Of a DNA stretch of 64,000 nt, positions 51,574 through 64,000 are shown in pieces; within the stretch, counting starts at the first letter, position 1; the number at the start of each line of letters is the position of its first letter. A program made the translations under genes and the position numbers. Under the pieces are notes generated by a model, which worked only from the letters and a program-made list of their open reading frames with translations, was not told where the DNA came from and ran no database searches. Where the stretch lies: positions 186,001-250,000 of the forward strand of contig JAHLTZ010000020.1 of assembly GCA_025786725.1 (NCBI GenBank). The letters are read 5' to 3'. This DNA is from Syncephalis fuscata S228 (taxonomy: Eukaryota; Fungi; Zoopagomycota).

Positions 51574-52050
51574 ACTTTACTTTGACTTCCTATCCTTAGA
51601 CTAAACAAAAAGATCAATAATTCGAATAATAAACCGTCAATCAGTTTTTACTACTGAGAAGTGCTATTCGTTGAAGCAGTGCCATATCAACTCCGATTAA
51701 ATTAATTAGTGTCAATTAATCAGTACTATTTCTAATATCAAATAGATATTAAATAGTATTTCATGCTACTTACAATAAAATTTACATTTAATTATGATGT
51801 TGATGCAACAGTAGAAGATTGGAAAATAGAACAGACCATTCAGATGCAATAATCCACGCTGTACATAGATGCAACAACGACAACTGTGGAACAATATGGA
51901 ATCGCGATCAATGGCTTTATTAATATTCAATCAATCTTTCTACGCATGGCCAACAATAATAATGAACGGCCTCAAATGTTCCAAATAAAGCAAATAGTAT
52001 GTTACACTCTTTATTGAAATGCTTAATACTATTACTAATACAATGTTTTA
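51574..52050. mobile_element. Miniature (ghost-like) derivative of the dual-Fanzor element
   Basis: 51574-51810 aligns to 18057-18308 (last codons and downstream region of remnant A). From ~51804 it reads CNSRRLENRTDHSDAIIHAVHRCNNDNCGTIWNRDQ...INIQSIFLRMANNNNERPQMFQ (remnant B C-terminus). Confidence 0.8.
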
Positions 52051-53351
52051 TTAAATTTAATCATATTCTATTTCATGGAAATGATAGTATTATTATATTA
52101 CATTAATATTTATTATAAATGATGATTTAAACACAAATTAATCCAATCAACTCGTCAACTATTTTAATTGTTACAATTAATTGTGTAAAAAGACTTACTG
52201 CTTTGGTGTTTAAAGTAAATGTCAACCAAAGTGTATCCGGTATTTAAATTCGTATTTTATTTGGTAATTAAAATATAATTTTATTATTGCAAATATACTT
52301 GACACTGCAACGCATTTGTATTCTTGGTTACAATTATTTACAAACAATAGGTGTAAAATGACATCATATCCAAAGGTAACATTTTATTGTATGTACAGCT
52401 GCTTGGCAGATGCATACTTAATAAACCTTTACAGTTACATTTAACTTCAAACTGGCATCACATGAACTTCATCCGATATTTTCCGTAATTCAATCCTTAT
52501 TGCTGTCAGCATGGTTAGCATTATTGTTTAGCTTATGCCGCTTTGCTGCGCTACACAATTGTTGGTAACGCCGTATTGCCGCCTATTCAAGCAAATATTT
52601 TGTTTTGACCCTTTTATATTTCTCACTTTGTGTACTCTTTCTAAGCACATCTTCCTCTTCTCCCCACTACCTACCGTGCTATTTAGTAATAATATTGCTA
52701 TTCAATCCCGGTCTATTGAATATAAAGACGTGAACAGAAGTGAAGGATTCTTAGTAACACCTTATATTCTGGATTATTGCTGTTAATTCCTTTTACTTAC
52801 CACTTATTACTGTGAATAGCTGTATTTCTTACCGTTTACCACACCTCTACAACTACCACCTCCACCTCCTCGCGAATCTTTCCGAATCTCGTGGCAGTAA
52901 GCGCGTGTTCTCTAATCAGTAATATCAGGTCAATAGTATTTCTGGTTTCGAGTGCACGCTTTTTACAAACTCGTTTGTTAACATCCTCCTTCTTTCTGTA
53001 TTACTTTTGAATATACGATTGATATTTCAGTCTAGTATCTCTTTTTAATCTTTCCACTTTGTAAAGTTTGTTACTTTAATAGTCTATCTTACTACTCTAC
53101 AAGCAAGATAGGTTTATTTTGTGTAGGAAGTGCGTGAAGCGGCAATATACACTTTTACTGTGTTTATTGCTGTAACGTGTAATTGGATTCGGTAGTATTT
53201 GATTCGTCGGCCTGTCTTTCTTTTCTTTTCTCTCCTTTTTGTCACAAGTTGCTGTTTATACGCTAGTATTTAAGCAGCCTGATATTCCTCGTTATCTGGT
53301 ATATGTTGATTTACGTAGAAAGCGAGCAGTGTTTATACATCTCATGACAAC

Positions 53352-55564
53352 ATGGCATTTAATTTCAACTGGACGGAATTCGACGATCATTTCCATGAAG
53401 AGGCCAAGAAGATGGTGACAGTAGCGCTGAACAAAGGAAATAAGCCGGCACGTATCAAGGATGACATACAGGTTAAAGAGCTACATATGGGTACACAGGT
53501 AAGATGCTTGGACAAAAACGTTAAATTCGTCTTTATTGACATTGTGTGCATTTAATAGCCACCAGAGTTGGAAATGCTAGAGATCGGCGAGCTATCGGCA
53601 GAAAAGTTCCGTGGAATCTTCAAGCTGACGTATACGGGCGATGCATATATTGTTCTGCAAACAAAAGTGCAGGCAAACCCGGTTAACGAACGTCGGTCCG
53701 AACTAAGTATTCGTGCACAAAGTCATATTGTAGCCGCGGACACGCCACTTGTCGTGCCAATGCAGCTACGTATTAGCGATCTTCGGCTACGTGGATTTAT
53801 TGGTTTGGTCGTATGCAAGCGCAATGGTGTTACGCTTTCATTTAAAAACGACCCACTAGAACAGGTTAAAGTGAGCTCGACATTTGATGGATTAACGAGT
53901 GTTCAGCGTTTTTTACAAGATGAAATTGAGAAACAGTTGCGATCGATGTTTCAGGAAGATTTGCCGACGTTGGTTCACAATCTTTCACGCCGTTTCCTGG
54001 ACAATGAACGATTACGTGAACAAGAAAAAGCATCGGCGATACGCCATGCTGATTCAAATCAGCCAGGAAAGCTGCATGTTAATACGGATAAGGCACGTTC
54101 ATTGCCAGGATCAAGAACGCATACAGGTGCTCGTCCGTCATTCTTTAGTCAGCCAACATCGCCTATAGCCGAACTACCTGTTGAACACCGTTCAATACGT
54201 GTGTGTGCTAGGGACGCGCATAGTATGCCCGATAGATTGCCAGGTCAGGCACGCACCCCGTCAGCAAGATCGTCCAATTCATCGTCGACTTCATCGTCAA
54301 CATCTCGAGCTAAAGAACGATACCACCAGCAACAACATGCAACTGTCCAGCATCGAACAGTACGGTTTAGTGAAGATCTATATATGCACCAACGAAGCTT
54401 ATCGGCAGATGGAAAAGATCTGGAAAGGAATGGCGATATTGCAATGCAACAACACCGTGTACATACTCAGTCCCAACGTATTGTACATCAGCAATCGGTA
54501 ACGGCTACAGCCAGTAATGGCATTTATCATAGTTTTGCACCACTATTTCATGAAAAGGGACTACGTGAACTGGCTGAAACAAGATCGGCTGTAGGTGTTT
54601 CTGGCGAAGCATCGTCTGCTTATCGGCCACGTATAGTTCACTCGTCAAGTGCGGTTGCCATGCCTGTAACGGCTGCATCTACATCAAGTAAAGCTAAAGA
54701 TTTGAACCCACTCCAAACGGACATAACACACCACCAACTAATACTAATAATGGCCGTCAACGATCGCGTAGCCAGTTAAATGGCGTGTCACGTATACGTA
54801 CAACTTTCTACACGTCACCGACCAGCTCACGACTTCCTACGCGACCTACCAGTCCACTGTCTGAACCATTTGACATCACGGATCGTATTTACTCCACCAA
54901 CTCCCCATTGCCCGGCAGTAGCCGTAACGATGATAGCCAGGATAATGTGCATGATCCATTTAATCGCAATCGATCCATAAACGACGATATACTGCCTCGC
55001 TCTATTGTTCTACAGCCAAATGACAGCCGACATGCAGCACAGCTGGCCACGTTATTTAGTACAAATCATACATTATCGCCATATACCCGACCTGTAGGCC
55101 ATTTCACTACTCGATCAACTATGTGTGTTGCTCGTTCTTCCGACGCTCAGGCAAAAGCATCGCGACGCACTGTTGTAGGCAGGTCCATTTACCATGGAAT
55201 CTGGCCGGTTCTTCTGTGAATAGTGCCGCATCATCTCCTACAGTGCACAAGAACAACAACGACCACGTCGATCGACCCATGCCACTATTATAACTGCAGC
55301 ACAAAATCAAATGACCACTTCATCGCCATTACCCGGTAGTGGTCATGACACGTAGACCATGGCAGTGGATCCGCGACACCTCCAATGCAGCGTCACCTAT
55401 CTGATGGCGATGCTAGTCTACGCGACACTACATCACCTTCTCCTACTAAAACACCTATTTTTAGTCCAGTCGGTATTGCACCTTCGGGTATTGGGCGCAT
55501 GCCACTACTAACAACACGCCGCATGCCAACTACACCGCTAGATTCGTCTTCACCGACTTCATAG
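53352..55564 (+). CDS. MDM34: ERMES subunit Mdm34 (SMP domain + long disordered tail)
   Basis: MAFNFNW...ALNKGNKPARIKDDIQVKELHMGTQ|PPELEMLEIGEL...FRGIFKLTYTGDAYIVLQTKVQANP...FKNDPLEQVKVSSTFD. Frameshifts in the tail make the end approximate. Confidence 0.92.
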
Positions 55565-56385
55565 GTTCTATCTATTTGTATTTTTGTATTTCATTCTTCT
55601 ATTGTATGCGTATGGACTTCCATATCATCGTTACTTTCTTTTGTGTGTTTCTTTCCTTGTTACGGGCAGTATTACCGCTAGTAACAATTACCACCATCGG
55701 CAAAGTGCCCTATTGCGCACTCATGTTTATTAAAATCTAAAAGTATTTGCGATTAATTAATTAATCATTATAGTATATATATATATATATAGTTATACAC
55801 AATTAATACAAACTGTTTTATAAATAATTTAAATCATTAATAACTAATCAATTGTTTTGATTTATTAATAACTTTTAAACGGCATTTGCTATTATTAATT
55901 GTTTGTTTTTATTTCAATAAATTTAAGCGTGCAACATAATAATTAGTCTGGTTGTACTTTTGATGTTACAGAATAAAACATTCGTGTTATACAATCGGCC
56001 ATTTTAATCGTGTACACGTGGTATGGTTTCATTTAATTTTGTTTGAACTATCTATAGTTAAAGATTGTTTAAAATGGATACTTGCCAATAACACTAGCAA
56101 TACACATTAAAATATTTTCTGACGTTATAGACAAATACACTAATTGTCTCTTATGCATATTGCTGCAGGCCAATTGGCTGTATTTTCAAATCGTAAGTAC
56201 CTGCTAGCTTGATGTTGTAGTTCTAGGCTTCTAAACCGGTTAATGAAACCTTTGCTCCCTGTAATGTTTTAACATGCTCAGTCGGTCATGCTGCCTTGAT
56301 TGAATGGTTCAATCCTTCTACACCATCTATTATTTGGTTAATATTAATTAAGCGGAGTCTTACAGTAACTTTTAATATCATAGTC

Positions 56386-58273
56386 ATGCTATTTCAACCT
56401 CTCTGTCATATCTATGGCTTCTTTCTTATTGCATTGTATTATCCACAACTTGTATCAGCATTAGTGACATTTAAAGTAGACAATCAAACTTACAACTACT
56501 CCACACAAGATCCTTTCGGCGTTAAACTTGAAGCGTATTTTAGCAATGGTATCCTTGTTATGCCAGAGTTTGATGCAGAAGCGCCATGTACACTAGTTAC
56601 CCAAAGCAGGATTTATCGAACCGTACACCAACATAGCACTCAATGGATATGCTGATGCAAGCAGTGTGATTGTCGCCGTTAACCAGCTGACTGCTGAAAG
56701 AAATGGCTGCCTAACTGTAGCTCATGTAAGTTCAACCCAACCCAACCCACTGTGTGCTGCAATCACTTGAGAATGCATACCTGATGCATGATATTCTAGG
56801 TGGGTGATGCGGGCTTCCAGCTTAAACAGTCATTGGCAAAGATGAATGGCCCATCTTTCGATGCTATCCTCTATCTCCTTGCACCTACAGAAGGTAAAGA
56901 GCCAGGGGCACCAGATGAAGTGCCGTATACTGCGTATGCGCCATCATTTCCAAATGGTGCCCCTCCGATCAATATGGCACTATTGCCAAGTGGTCATTTT
57001 TTAGAGAAGCCCACAATAATGGTACTTTCGCGCACCAATCATCGTTATCTACAAGAAGGTAAGAGTTGGTTTAAACTAATAATTTTATTAAAGTTAACAA
57101 TTAAACAATGGTAGAACGTGGACCATGGAACGATGTATATCTATCGACCGACTATGTCACCTTTATATTTTCGTTAATAGTTATAATTATCTACTTTCTA
57201 GGACGTGCATCAATGTTTTAATACATCTTTACAAATTAAACAAACTTACCATGAAAAAGCAACTGGTTGTCTTTACATTCACTTTTATCGCTTCAATATG
57301 TAAGTTTTGTTCTCGTTGTAACTATACTTTTAGTATAGTACTATCACTAACAATTCTAATATTAGTATTTATGCTTTCATTACCTATGAATGCAACAACC
57401 ATTAAAGCTACATGGTTGAAACAACTATCAAATATTAGTCTTATTGCTGCTTTCCATACTTGTCTGCTGCTTTGGTATGTATCTCTATGGCTATTTTATT
57501 AATATCTACTAATTATATATCTGTATTATAGGCATTCTATCGTTATTAGTCTACATACTAGCCGTATATTGAATATAATTAAAAAGGCCCTTTGGGCTGC
57601 CGTAATACTCGGACTATTAAGTATACTTTTAGCTCGTATACTCTCAATAGTACCATATTCAGCCGCATCAACCAGCCTAATTTTAGCAGCCTATATTATT
57701 ATGAATTTTGTGGAAGCTATTTGGATTTTAGCATTTGCCTATTATGGTAAGTGAGCAATTAGTAATGCACTGTCCACGTGCTAATCTGTTGCTACATTAC
57801 ATACAATTAGTTCACATCTTTTGGATGAAGAGCCGTAACAATGATTTAAACACGAGCATGCGAAGTAGTCTAATCCAGGTAGTTATTAAAACAAATAAAG
57901 CAAAACATTAATTATAATTCATTTGTAGGTTGCTGGAATATGCTTACTTTTCATAATTGGCATAGCGGTGGGATTTGTAGGCACTGTAATGACCATTTGC
58001 AAAGTATGGCGCGAGGGTGTTGATTACGAGATAGCCCGTCAGGTGGTTGCACAAACATCCATTACTATACGCATTGTGGCCATGCTTTTCATTTTTGATA
58101 CAAGTTCTGATGAGAAAAATAAGCCAAATGAAAATACCCAAGTGCATCGCTTTCGGGACCCATGTGTTTTACCAGTTGAACCTGTTGTTGTTCATAGCAC
58201 ACATAATAGCGACAAAGCACTAATGCCATCGTTTGTACATGTGTCTATACCTTCATCAACAAAGACTCTATAG
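56386..58273 (+). CDS. Signal peptide + extracellular domain + seven-transmembrane receptor-like protein
   Basis: Signal peptide ending VSA-LVTF; ~190 aa ectodomain; ERGPWNDVY junction; seven hydrophobic segments across spliced exons; cytosolic tail. Apparent frameshifts. Confidence 0.65.
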
Positions 58274-59338
58274 TACAGCGTGTAATCATTCATGTTTGTC
58301 AATACAATTATTTTTGGCTTATCTATTGTTTAAACTGCACATTCAATCTACAAATAAACGTTTATTCATCATAAAAAAAGTGTGAAATATTTATTGCGAA
58401 AAGACAAAGCAAAAACCAATTATAGACATGCAACCACATACGGTTGATTCATCCTTAGCCAACCAATTGTTGCAAAAATAGCTTTGATACTAACCAGTTA
58501 TACTTCCAAATTGGTCGATAAACGGGTATAACAATGACCGTTATTGCATTATATTGTATTTACTGCTTTTTTACTTACAATAAACGAATTATTCGTTTGT
58601 TTTTACGAAGCTGATCGATACTATTATTCGGTTAGAGTAATTAATACGCAAAAGGGCTCTGACCATGCTGCGCAATACTACTGATCATATATCCACGTGC
58701 TTCGCAACAAAACATATGCGGTGAAGATCATTTGGAAGGCTTGGTCCAATCGTGTATAGAACAAGGTTACACGGTGAGCCATACCTTTACCCTTTTAAGA
58801 TAATACATATGTTTTGTTAATCCATAAAGGCGCGTGGAGAAAGAAGGGAGTGAGGGAGAAGACGAGGCAGAGATCATGGATGCTAAATGATGCAGTGCAT
58901 GGCATTGTTTATTCAAGCATGAGATTGTGCACGGCGTGACAAGTGGCAGCAGTAACAGCAGTAACAGCAGCAGCCGCGCTGTTACTGCCATGATAGCCAT
59001 GATAATAACAAGTTACACTGCCAATAAGCAAATGACTGCTGCAAGCACGGCCTTTCGGTCCAGTTGCACGAAAGAAAACTTGGTCGGAAAAAAGCGTCGC
59101 AGTTTGAACAATGTTGTTACACCAAGAAAATCCACTGCAACAAGCGTACAATTCACGCAATACTACTATGCACATTGCTATATCGCCAATTCCACACTTA
59201 CTACACGAAGAATAAAGGATTAGCGCCGCAAAGGCCAAGTTCTAAGGGAGAGTACCTGGGCGCTACTATATATATTTATGCATGACGACCCGTGCAAGCT
59301 TATGTATAATATTTCTCAGTAACTTTTGTTTTAGCACC

Positions 59339-60896
59339 ATGAACTCTACTAGCACTATGATGGTATCCAATCGATCTTCTAATTTATTAATCTTACTAAA
59401 CACACTTCCGTTTTCTAATTTTTGGCGATTTCTTTTGTATCTTGATGGAGCCACAGTTATGCAATTAAGTTGTTGTTGCCGACTGTTAAGGGATCGAATT
59501 TGTGCTGATGCCTCCCTATGGAAGCGACTATATCACGCCCACTTTTGGCTGGTCCACACGCGGTTAGAGAATTAGATTTTTTGTACTGGTGCGCTAGAGA
59601 CCATTACCATGGCGAGCATATGCCAACGGACCCGGCCGTTTTACTGCAAGCGCTCGACTGGTACGACACTTATCGCCGTCGCGTCTGCACCGAACGCAAC
59701 TGGCGCCACAACGACTCGACAAGCACCATTTTGCCATTGCCGAAGGCATTCGACGCTAGCGGCTGGATCATCTCCTACAAAAGCGCTACGGCTATACTAT
59801 TGAATAGCAACAAAGCATCCTGCAGCTCAACGCAGCATGTTGTAGGCCTTGAATGCACGGCAAACACGTCACATTTACATCCCCTGAATGCGTGTTGCAC
59901 TGCATCCACTACACCTCCACCCGCGTTAATAACGCTAGGGGGTGTTAAGCAAAACACCGTCAACAGCCCTACACAACAATTATGAGCGACCGTTTTGTCG
60001 TGACGGTTAGCTCGTGTTCTGCAGAACGCCGGGCCAGACTTGAAATCCGAGACCGTAAAACGTTCCAGCTGAAGCATACAGGCCAACTGCCATACAAATC
60101 TATGCTTCGGTCAATCAATGGTCAATGGGCATTGCTATCGTGTACCGAAATGCAAGCTGACGGCACAGAAGCAAGACAGCTTATTGTTTTAGATCTTGAA
60201 CGTCAGGTTAGGCATACAAAACGTGTACGCACCGAGTGGGCCAGCATGTGCATACAGCAGGCAAATAGCAAAATGGCTGTTATCTACGCGACTCGACTCG
60301 ACACAGTAAACTACGAAGGCATTGATTGGGCCACATACAAGTTTTCGTCTAAAGGATCGATTAAACGATTGCGCCGCGGCTACTTGAAAGTTGATGGCGA
60401 CATGATTGAGTACCTTTGTGCGCATCCACTTGATGCCACTTCTGTGCTGCTTGAAACGAAAGGCTACGAAGATAATCGACAACTGATCATTCATACGGTA
60501 ACGGACGTAGAAGAGGCCGATTTTGAACTTGATATGATCGAAGTGCCGGAAAAACAAGTAGCGGCCACGTTATTGAATCATGGCATTGGCTACCAGTCCG
60601 GTGACCAGTTGTTTATTCAGCGCCAGGATAAACCGCTACCTCTAAGCAATAACAGGCATGCCTACTGGCCTGATGCCATTAAGATGCAGCATGTAATTGG
60701 AGATCTTTGCATCATGCACGAGTGGCAGAACAATGGCGGCATCCGCGTTGTTCTTGTCGACACAAAGTCTGGACAGATTATACGACCACTTACTTCGTAC
60801 AATCCATCCAACTCGTGCTCTTTTCTAATGACATCCATGATGACAATCGACAATAAGACAAACAAAGCAGAGATAATTGATTATGGAGCCTTGTAG
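59339..60896 (+). CDS. Intronless F-box protein with beta-rich C-terminal domain (two apparent frameshifts)
   Basis: LNTLPFSNFWRFLLYLDGATVMQLSCCCRLLRDRICADASLWKRLY (F-box), followed by DWYDTYRRRVCTERNWR and a beta-strand-rich region. Confidence 0.75.
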
Positions 60897-60943
60897 GCCA
60901 TTGAATATGCATATTTTATTTGTAAATTTTGACTGTTTATTTT

Positions 60944-60975
<32 letters not shown>

Positions 60976-61222
60976 CGATAATAATGCCGTAAGCTATTTA
61001 ACGAATATCATCGCTGTTAGTATAGAAGCGTAATTAATTAAATATTTTCTTAATTTAATAATACTTTTTATTTAACAATAAACTTTTATATATTTAATAC
61101 ATTATGCTAATAATAAATGTTTTTACTAATGTATTTTTATACATTTAATATATATATATATATAGTATATTGCGTTAAATGAAATAAAGGTTTTTATTAA
61201 TAATATTATTATGACGGTACTA

Positions 61223-62743
61223 TTATCGATACATATTGAGTCGATGATGCGGTAGTTGTCCACGTACTTGCCAACTAAGTCCACAAGCATTACATAATGT
61301 CTATAGAAATGCATGGTAATTGTTTACTTATTAGTCTATCATTACGACAAAACTCTAACTTACCTTGGGCCCTTCTGGACCACGACGTACAACTGGTGTG
61401 CTAGCACCGGGTGCACCACAATGAAGACAGCGCCATGTAGCTACTTCTTCCGGTGCTAAACGAGCTGTCTTTTTCATATTCTGGCCCGCTAGCATAGCAC
61501 CTGGACCGCCAGCACCTGCACCACCACTACCGATGGGCGACAAAAGTGCATCGGCGCCTGATATCGACATGCCACCAGTACGCGACCTTCCCGTCGCATA
61601 ACGAGCAGTTTCACGTCGGAGTCGACGTGTGCTACGCTCTTTATCCATGACCATCTTCTCAACCTCTTCCGATGTTAGTAGTTCAACTACAGGCGACCAC
61701 GCCTCGGCCTCGTCGATTGTTCGGAATCCAGTGTATAATGGTTCACTGGCCAGTTCTACATCGTCGTCATCCACACCGGCACCACTGCCATAGAGTCGGT
61801 CTCGTCTATAGCGATACAACTGCTCGCGAATACTATAAGCAATTAAAGGGAGAAACTCGCCACCAATGCCAAGATCTGCTGCCAATTGACGGGCAAATGC
61901 TTCGGGTGGCGTATCCGATTGTAAATCCCATTCAAACCGATCCCGCAAATAGAGCTGGCCCACTTGCAGGTCAAGCTAGATTTAATAGCTTATTAATAAT
62001 AAGACATACATGTTACAGCAAATCGCTTACCGTAATAGCCACACGTGCTTCCTCGTCTTCCAATGCTGCCTCTTCCACTTGTTCATATTCTTGTAACTGT
62101 CCACGAATCATGGCCGCTATTGTATGTGCATATTGCACAGCTGGCAAATCTATATCATCGCAAAATATCTCTGCAAATCGTTCAGGTGTCTGTAATTCCT
62201 CTATAAACAATTTACATCATTACATATCAATTTAATTATTACATATTGCCGTTGTTACATATCGATCTAATTATTGCATATTATTGCTACTTAATAAATA
62301 CTACAATATAACTTACCATTAAGATTCCATAGAAAACAATCCCGTATTTTAAAGTTATCTTGATCAATATCAACACGTACTGGCACTAGTCGTTCTCCTT
62401 TCTCCGCATTAATAGATACCTCTTCGTCTGTACTGTATGCTATTAGTTAGTTACGATTGTCTTTCCGTCAATGAACCGACAGCGAAACAAGCAATTACCT
62501 CGAAACATGATGTGTGCGACGCATAACGCGACGTGTTGGTTGCTTTGGTGCCGGTGTCGCCGATTTGTCGCGTGCAGTGTCGTCATCTTCGTCAAACGAA
62601 TCGTCGTCGCGAGTACGAGCACTGCGACGTGTCAAGGTAATGGGAATCAGTAGCGCGGTACCTCCTTCACGTAGCCGAGAAGCATACGTGCTAAAGGTGT
62701 TTGGCCGCGGCTCCATCATTGTATTGGCGTAGACGTGCGCCAT
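61223..62743 (-). CDS. SFH1: SNF5-family chromatin-remodeller subunit Sfh1 with C-terminal GATA zinc finger
   Basis: STYASRLREG, LVPVRVDID, RDCFLWNLN, TPERFAEIFCDD, LRDRFEWDL, PEAFARQLAADLGIGGEF; C-terminal CLHCG..STPVVRRGPEGPK|TLCNACGL. Confidence 0.88.
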
Positions 62744-63608
62744 ACCGACGATCAACCCGATGAATCAACTCGAATAGAAAGCCACAAAAAAGAAAGGAGA
62801 CGTGAATTCTTTCTACAAAGCCGAGATCTTAATCAAACGTGCAACTACACACTGTGCTATGAGTGTGAAGGCGAGTGAATAATCAGCTGAATTTAAAGGA
62901 GAAAAAATAATTTAATTTATTAATCTACAATAACAAATGATCATAATTAATGATCAGCTATTATACAGTAGACGTCATTAGGCCACGACGACAAGTATCG
63001 ATGTGTCGTCTTGTTTGTGTGGCAAGAGCTGTCTTGCCGCGTAGTTCGTAAATAGTTACTAGTTGCTCAAGTGCTTCTAGTTTGACATTAGTATACCGCT
63101 GCATGACTTGGTCATTAGCAGTTAGTGGCAGCTGGCTCTGTATACACTGTTCATAAGCAGCTTCTGCTTCAATAACGCTGCTTTGTTTGATATATGCTGC
63201 GCCTAGTCTACAATAGGCATCGGCGCGTAGAAAGCGTATAATAGCTGTATGACTCTCTGATGATTATCCAAAAGTTGACAAGCTGTTGCTAATAAACCAA
63301 TTGTTTCTTTAAGCTTTTCTGGCGGCTGCTGCTGCACTGTTATATATATAATCTCCAACTGTCGACATAGTAGGCGTTCTTCGTCAGTTTCTGCTATAGC
63401 AAGAAGCGCCATGAATACAAATAATGAACTAATCAATGATGACCGCTAGGAAGGCAAGCAAATAAGGCGTACTACAAATATTTTCCTTTCCTCTCCTTCT
63501 TCTTCTCCTTCTTCTTGCGACCAGATTATTATTGTTATTATTATTTGTCGCTGTCGTCGTATTAGTCGACATTGAATGCAGTAGGAAAACTGCAGCCTGC
63601 GTGTAGAT

Positions 63609-64000
63609 ATGTCGAGTCCCGAGGCAGACCGCGTAGCATTTCTGGCCGACTGCTACCAACAGGCAGCTTCTCGGGCCACTTGGAGTTTTGCTCAGGGATT
63701 AATACTTGGACAGCTTAGCGTGATCGCTTTGCTGATTGTTTGTGTTAGATATTTACTACTTGAAGACTCACGAAAGGCGCAGGCGGAAGAACAAGAGCGG
63801 CTGGCCATTCAACGAAAGTTACAGGCAGCCCGACGCAATACCGATGTAGGTAACGACGGTCACAGTTGTAAATCAGCTCTCATTCTTTATAATTCATACT
63901 AATAATAATAATAATAATAATAATATAGTCGTCCCGACCACGACGTACATCGATTGTCGATATACTAGATCGAATTGGCTATCAATTACACAACTATCAG
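63609..64000 (+). CDS. MMM1: ERMES subunit Mmm1, 5' part (runs off the window)
   Basis: WSFAQGLILGQLSVIALLIVCVRYLLLED matches the Mmm1 transmembrane signature SFxQGxxxGQLSV. Confidence 0.75.

Noticed and set aside
9300-60000. Frameshifts in many conserved genes as evidence of pseudogenes or programmed frameshifting
   Set aside because: Where a paralog or motif allows checking (11130, 11682, ~21420, ~41563, ~46427), each is a single missing base in a CC/GG run, and others hit conserved housekeeping genes. This is typical long-read consensus error and should be confirmed with short-read polishing.

Overview
AT-rich, intron-dense eukaryotic (fungal) DNA. The gene content (secreted kinase-like protein, CAP protein, ectodomain+7TM receptor, intronless F-box gene, ERMES subunits) suggests an early-diverging fungus, plausibly Zoopagomycota such as Syncephalis (inference). 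About 22 protein genes can be reconstructed: homeodomain TF, Rbd2-like rhomboid, glucose-6-phosphate 1-epimerase, two tandem HIBCH/EHD3-like copies, secreted kinase-like protein, CBS-like PLP enzyme, tandem telobox-Myb protein with a C-terminal chromo-like domain, a low-complexity coiled-coil protein, RPC19, IMG2/MRPL49, eIF3e, RPL6, AKTIP/FTS, eIF2B-gamma, two Mek1/Chk2-like kinases, a CAP protein, MDM34, a 7TM protein, an F-box protein, SFH1-GATA and the start of MMM1. The most striking signal is largely missed by the ORF track: a decayed ~1.1 kb element (18057-~19180) carrying TWO different, divergently oriented, internally deleted Fanzor/TnpB-like (RNA-guided RuvC nuclease) genes with 3' ends pointing outward. 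A ~480 bp derivative at 51574-~52050 keeps only the two outward 3' ends (the predicted omegaRNA regions), and a third inverted Fanzor 3' end lies at 19291-19427. Many conserved genes carry single-base frameshifts at short G/C runs, most likely assembly errors, so CDS ends are approximate.
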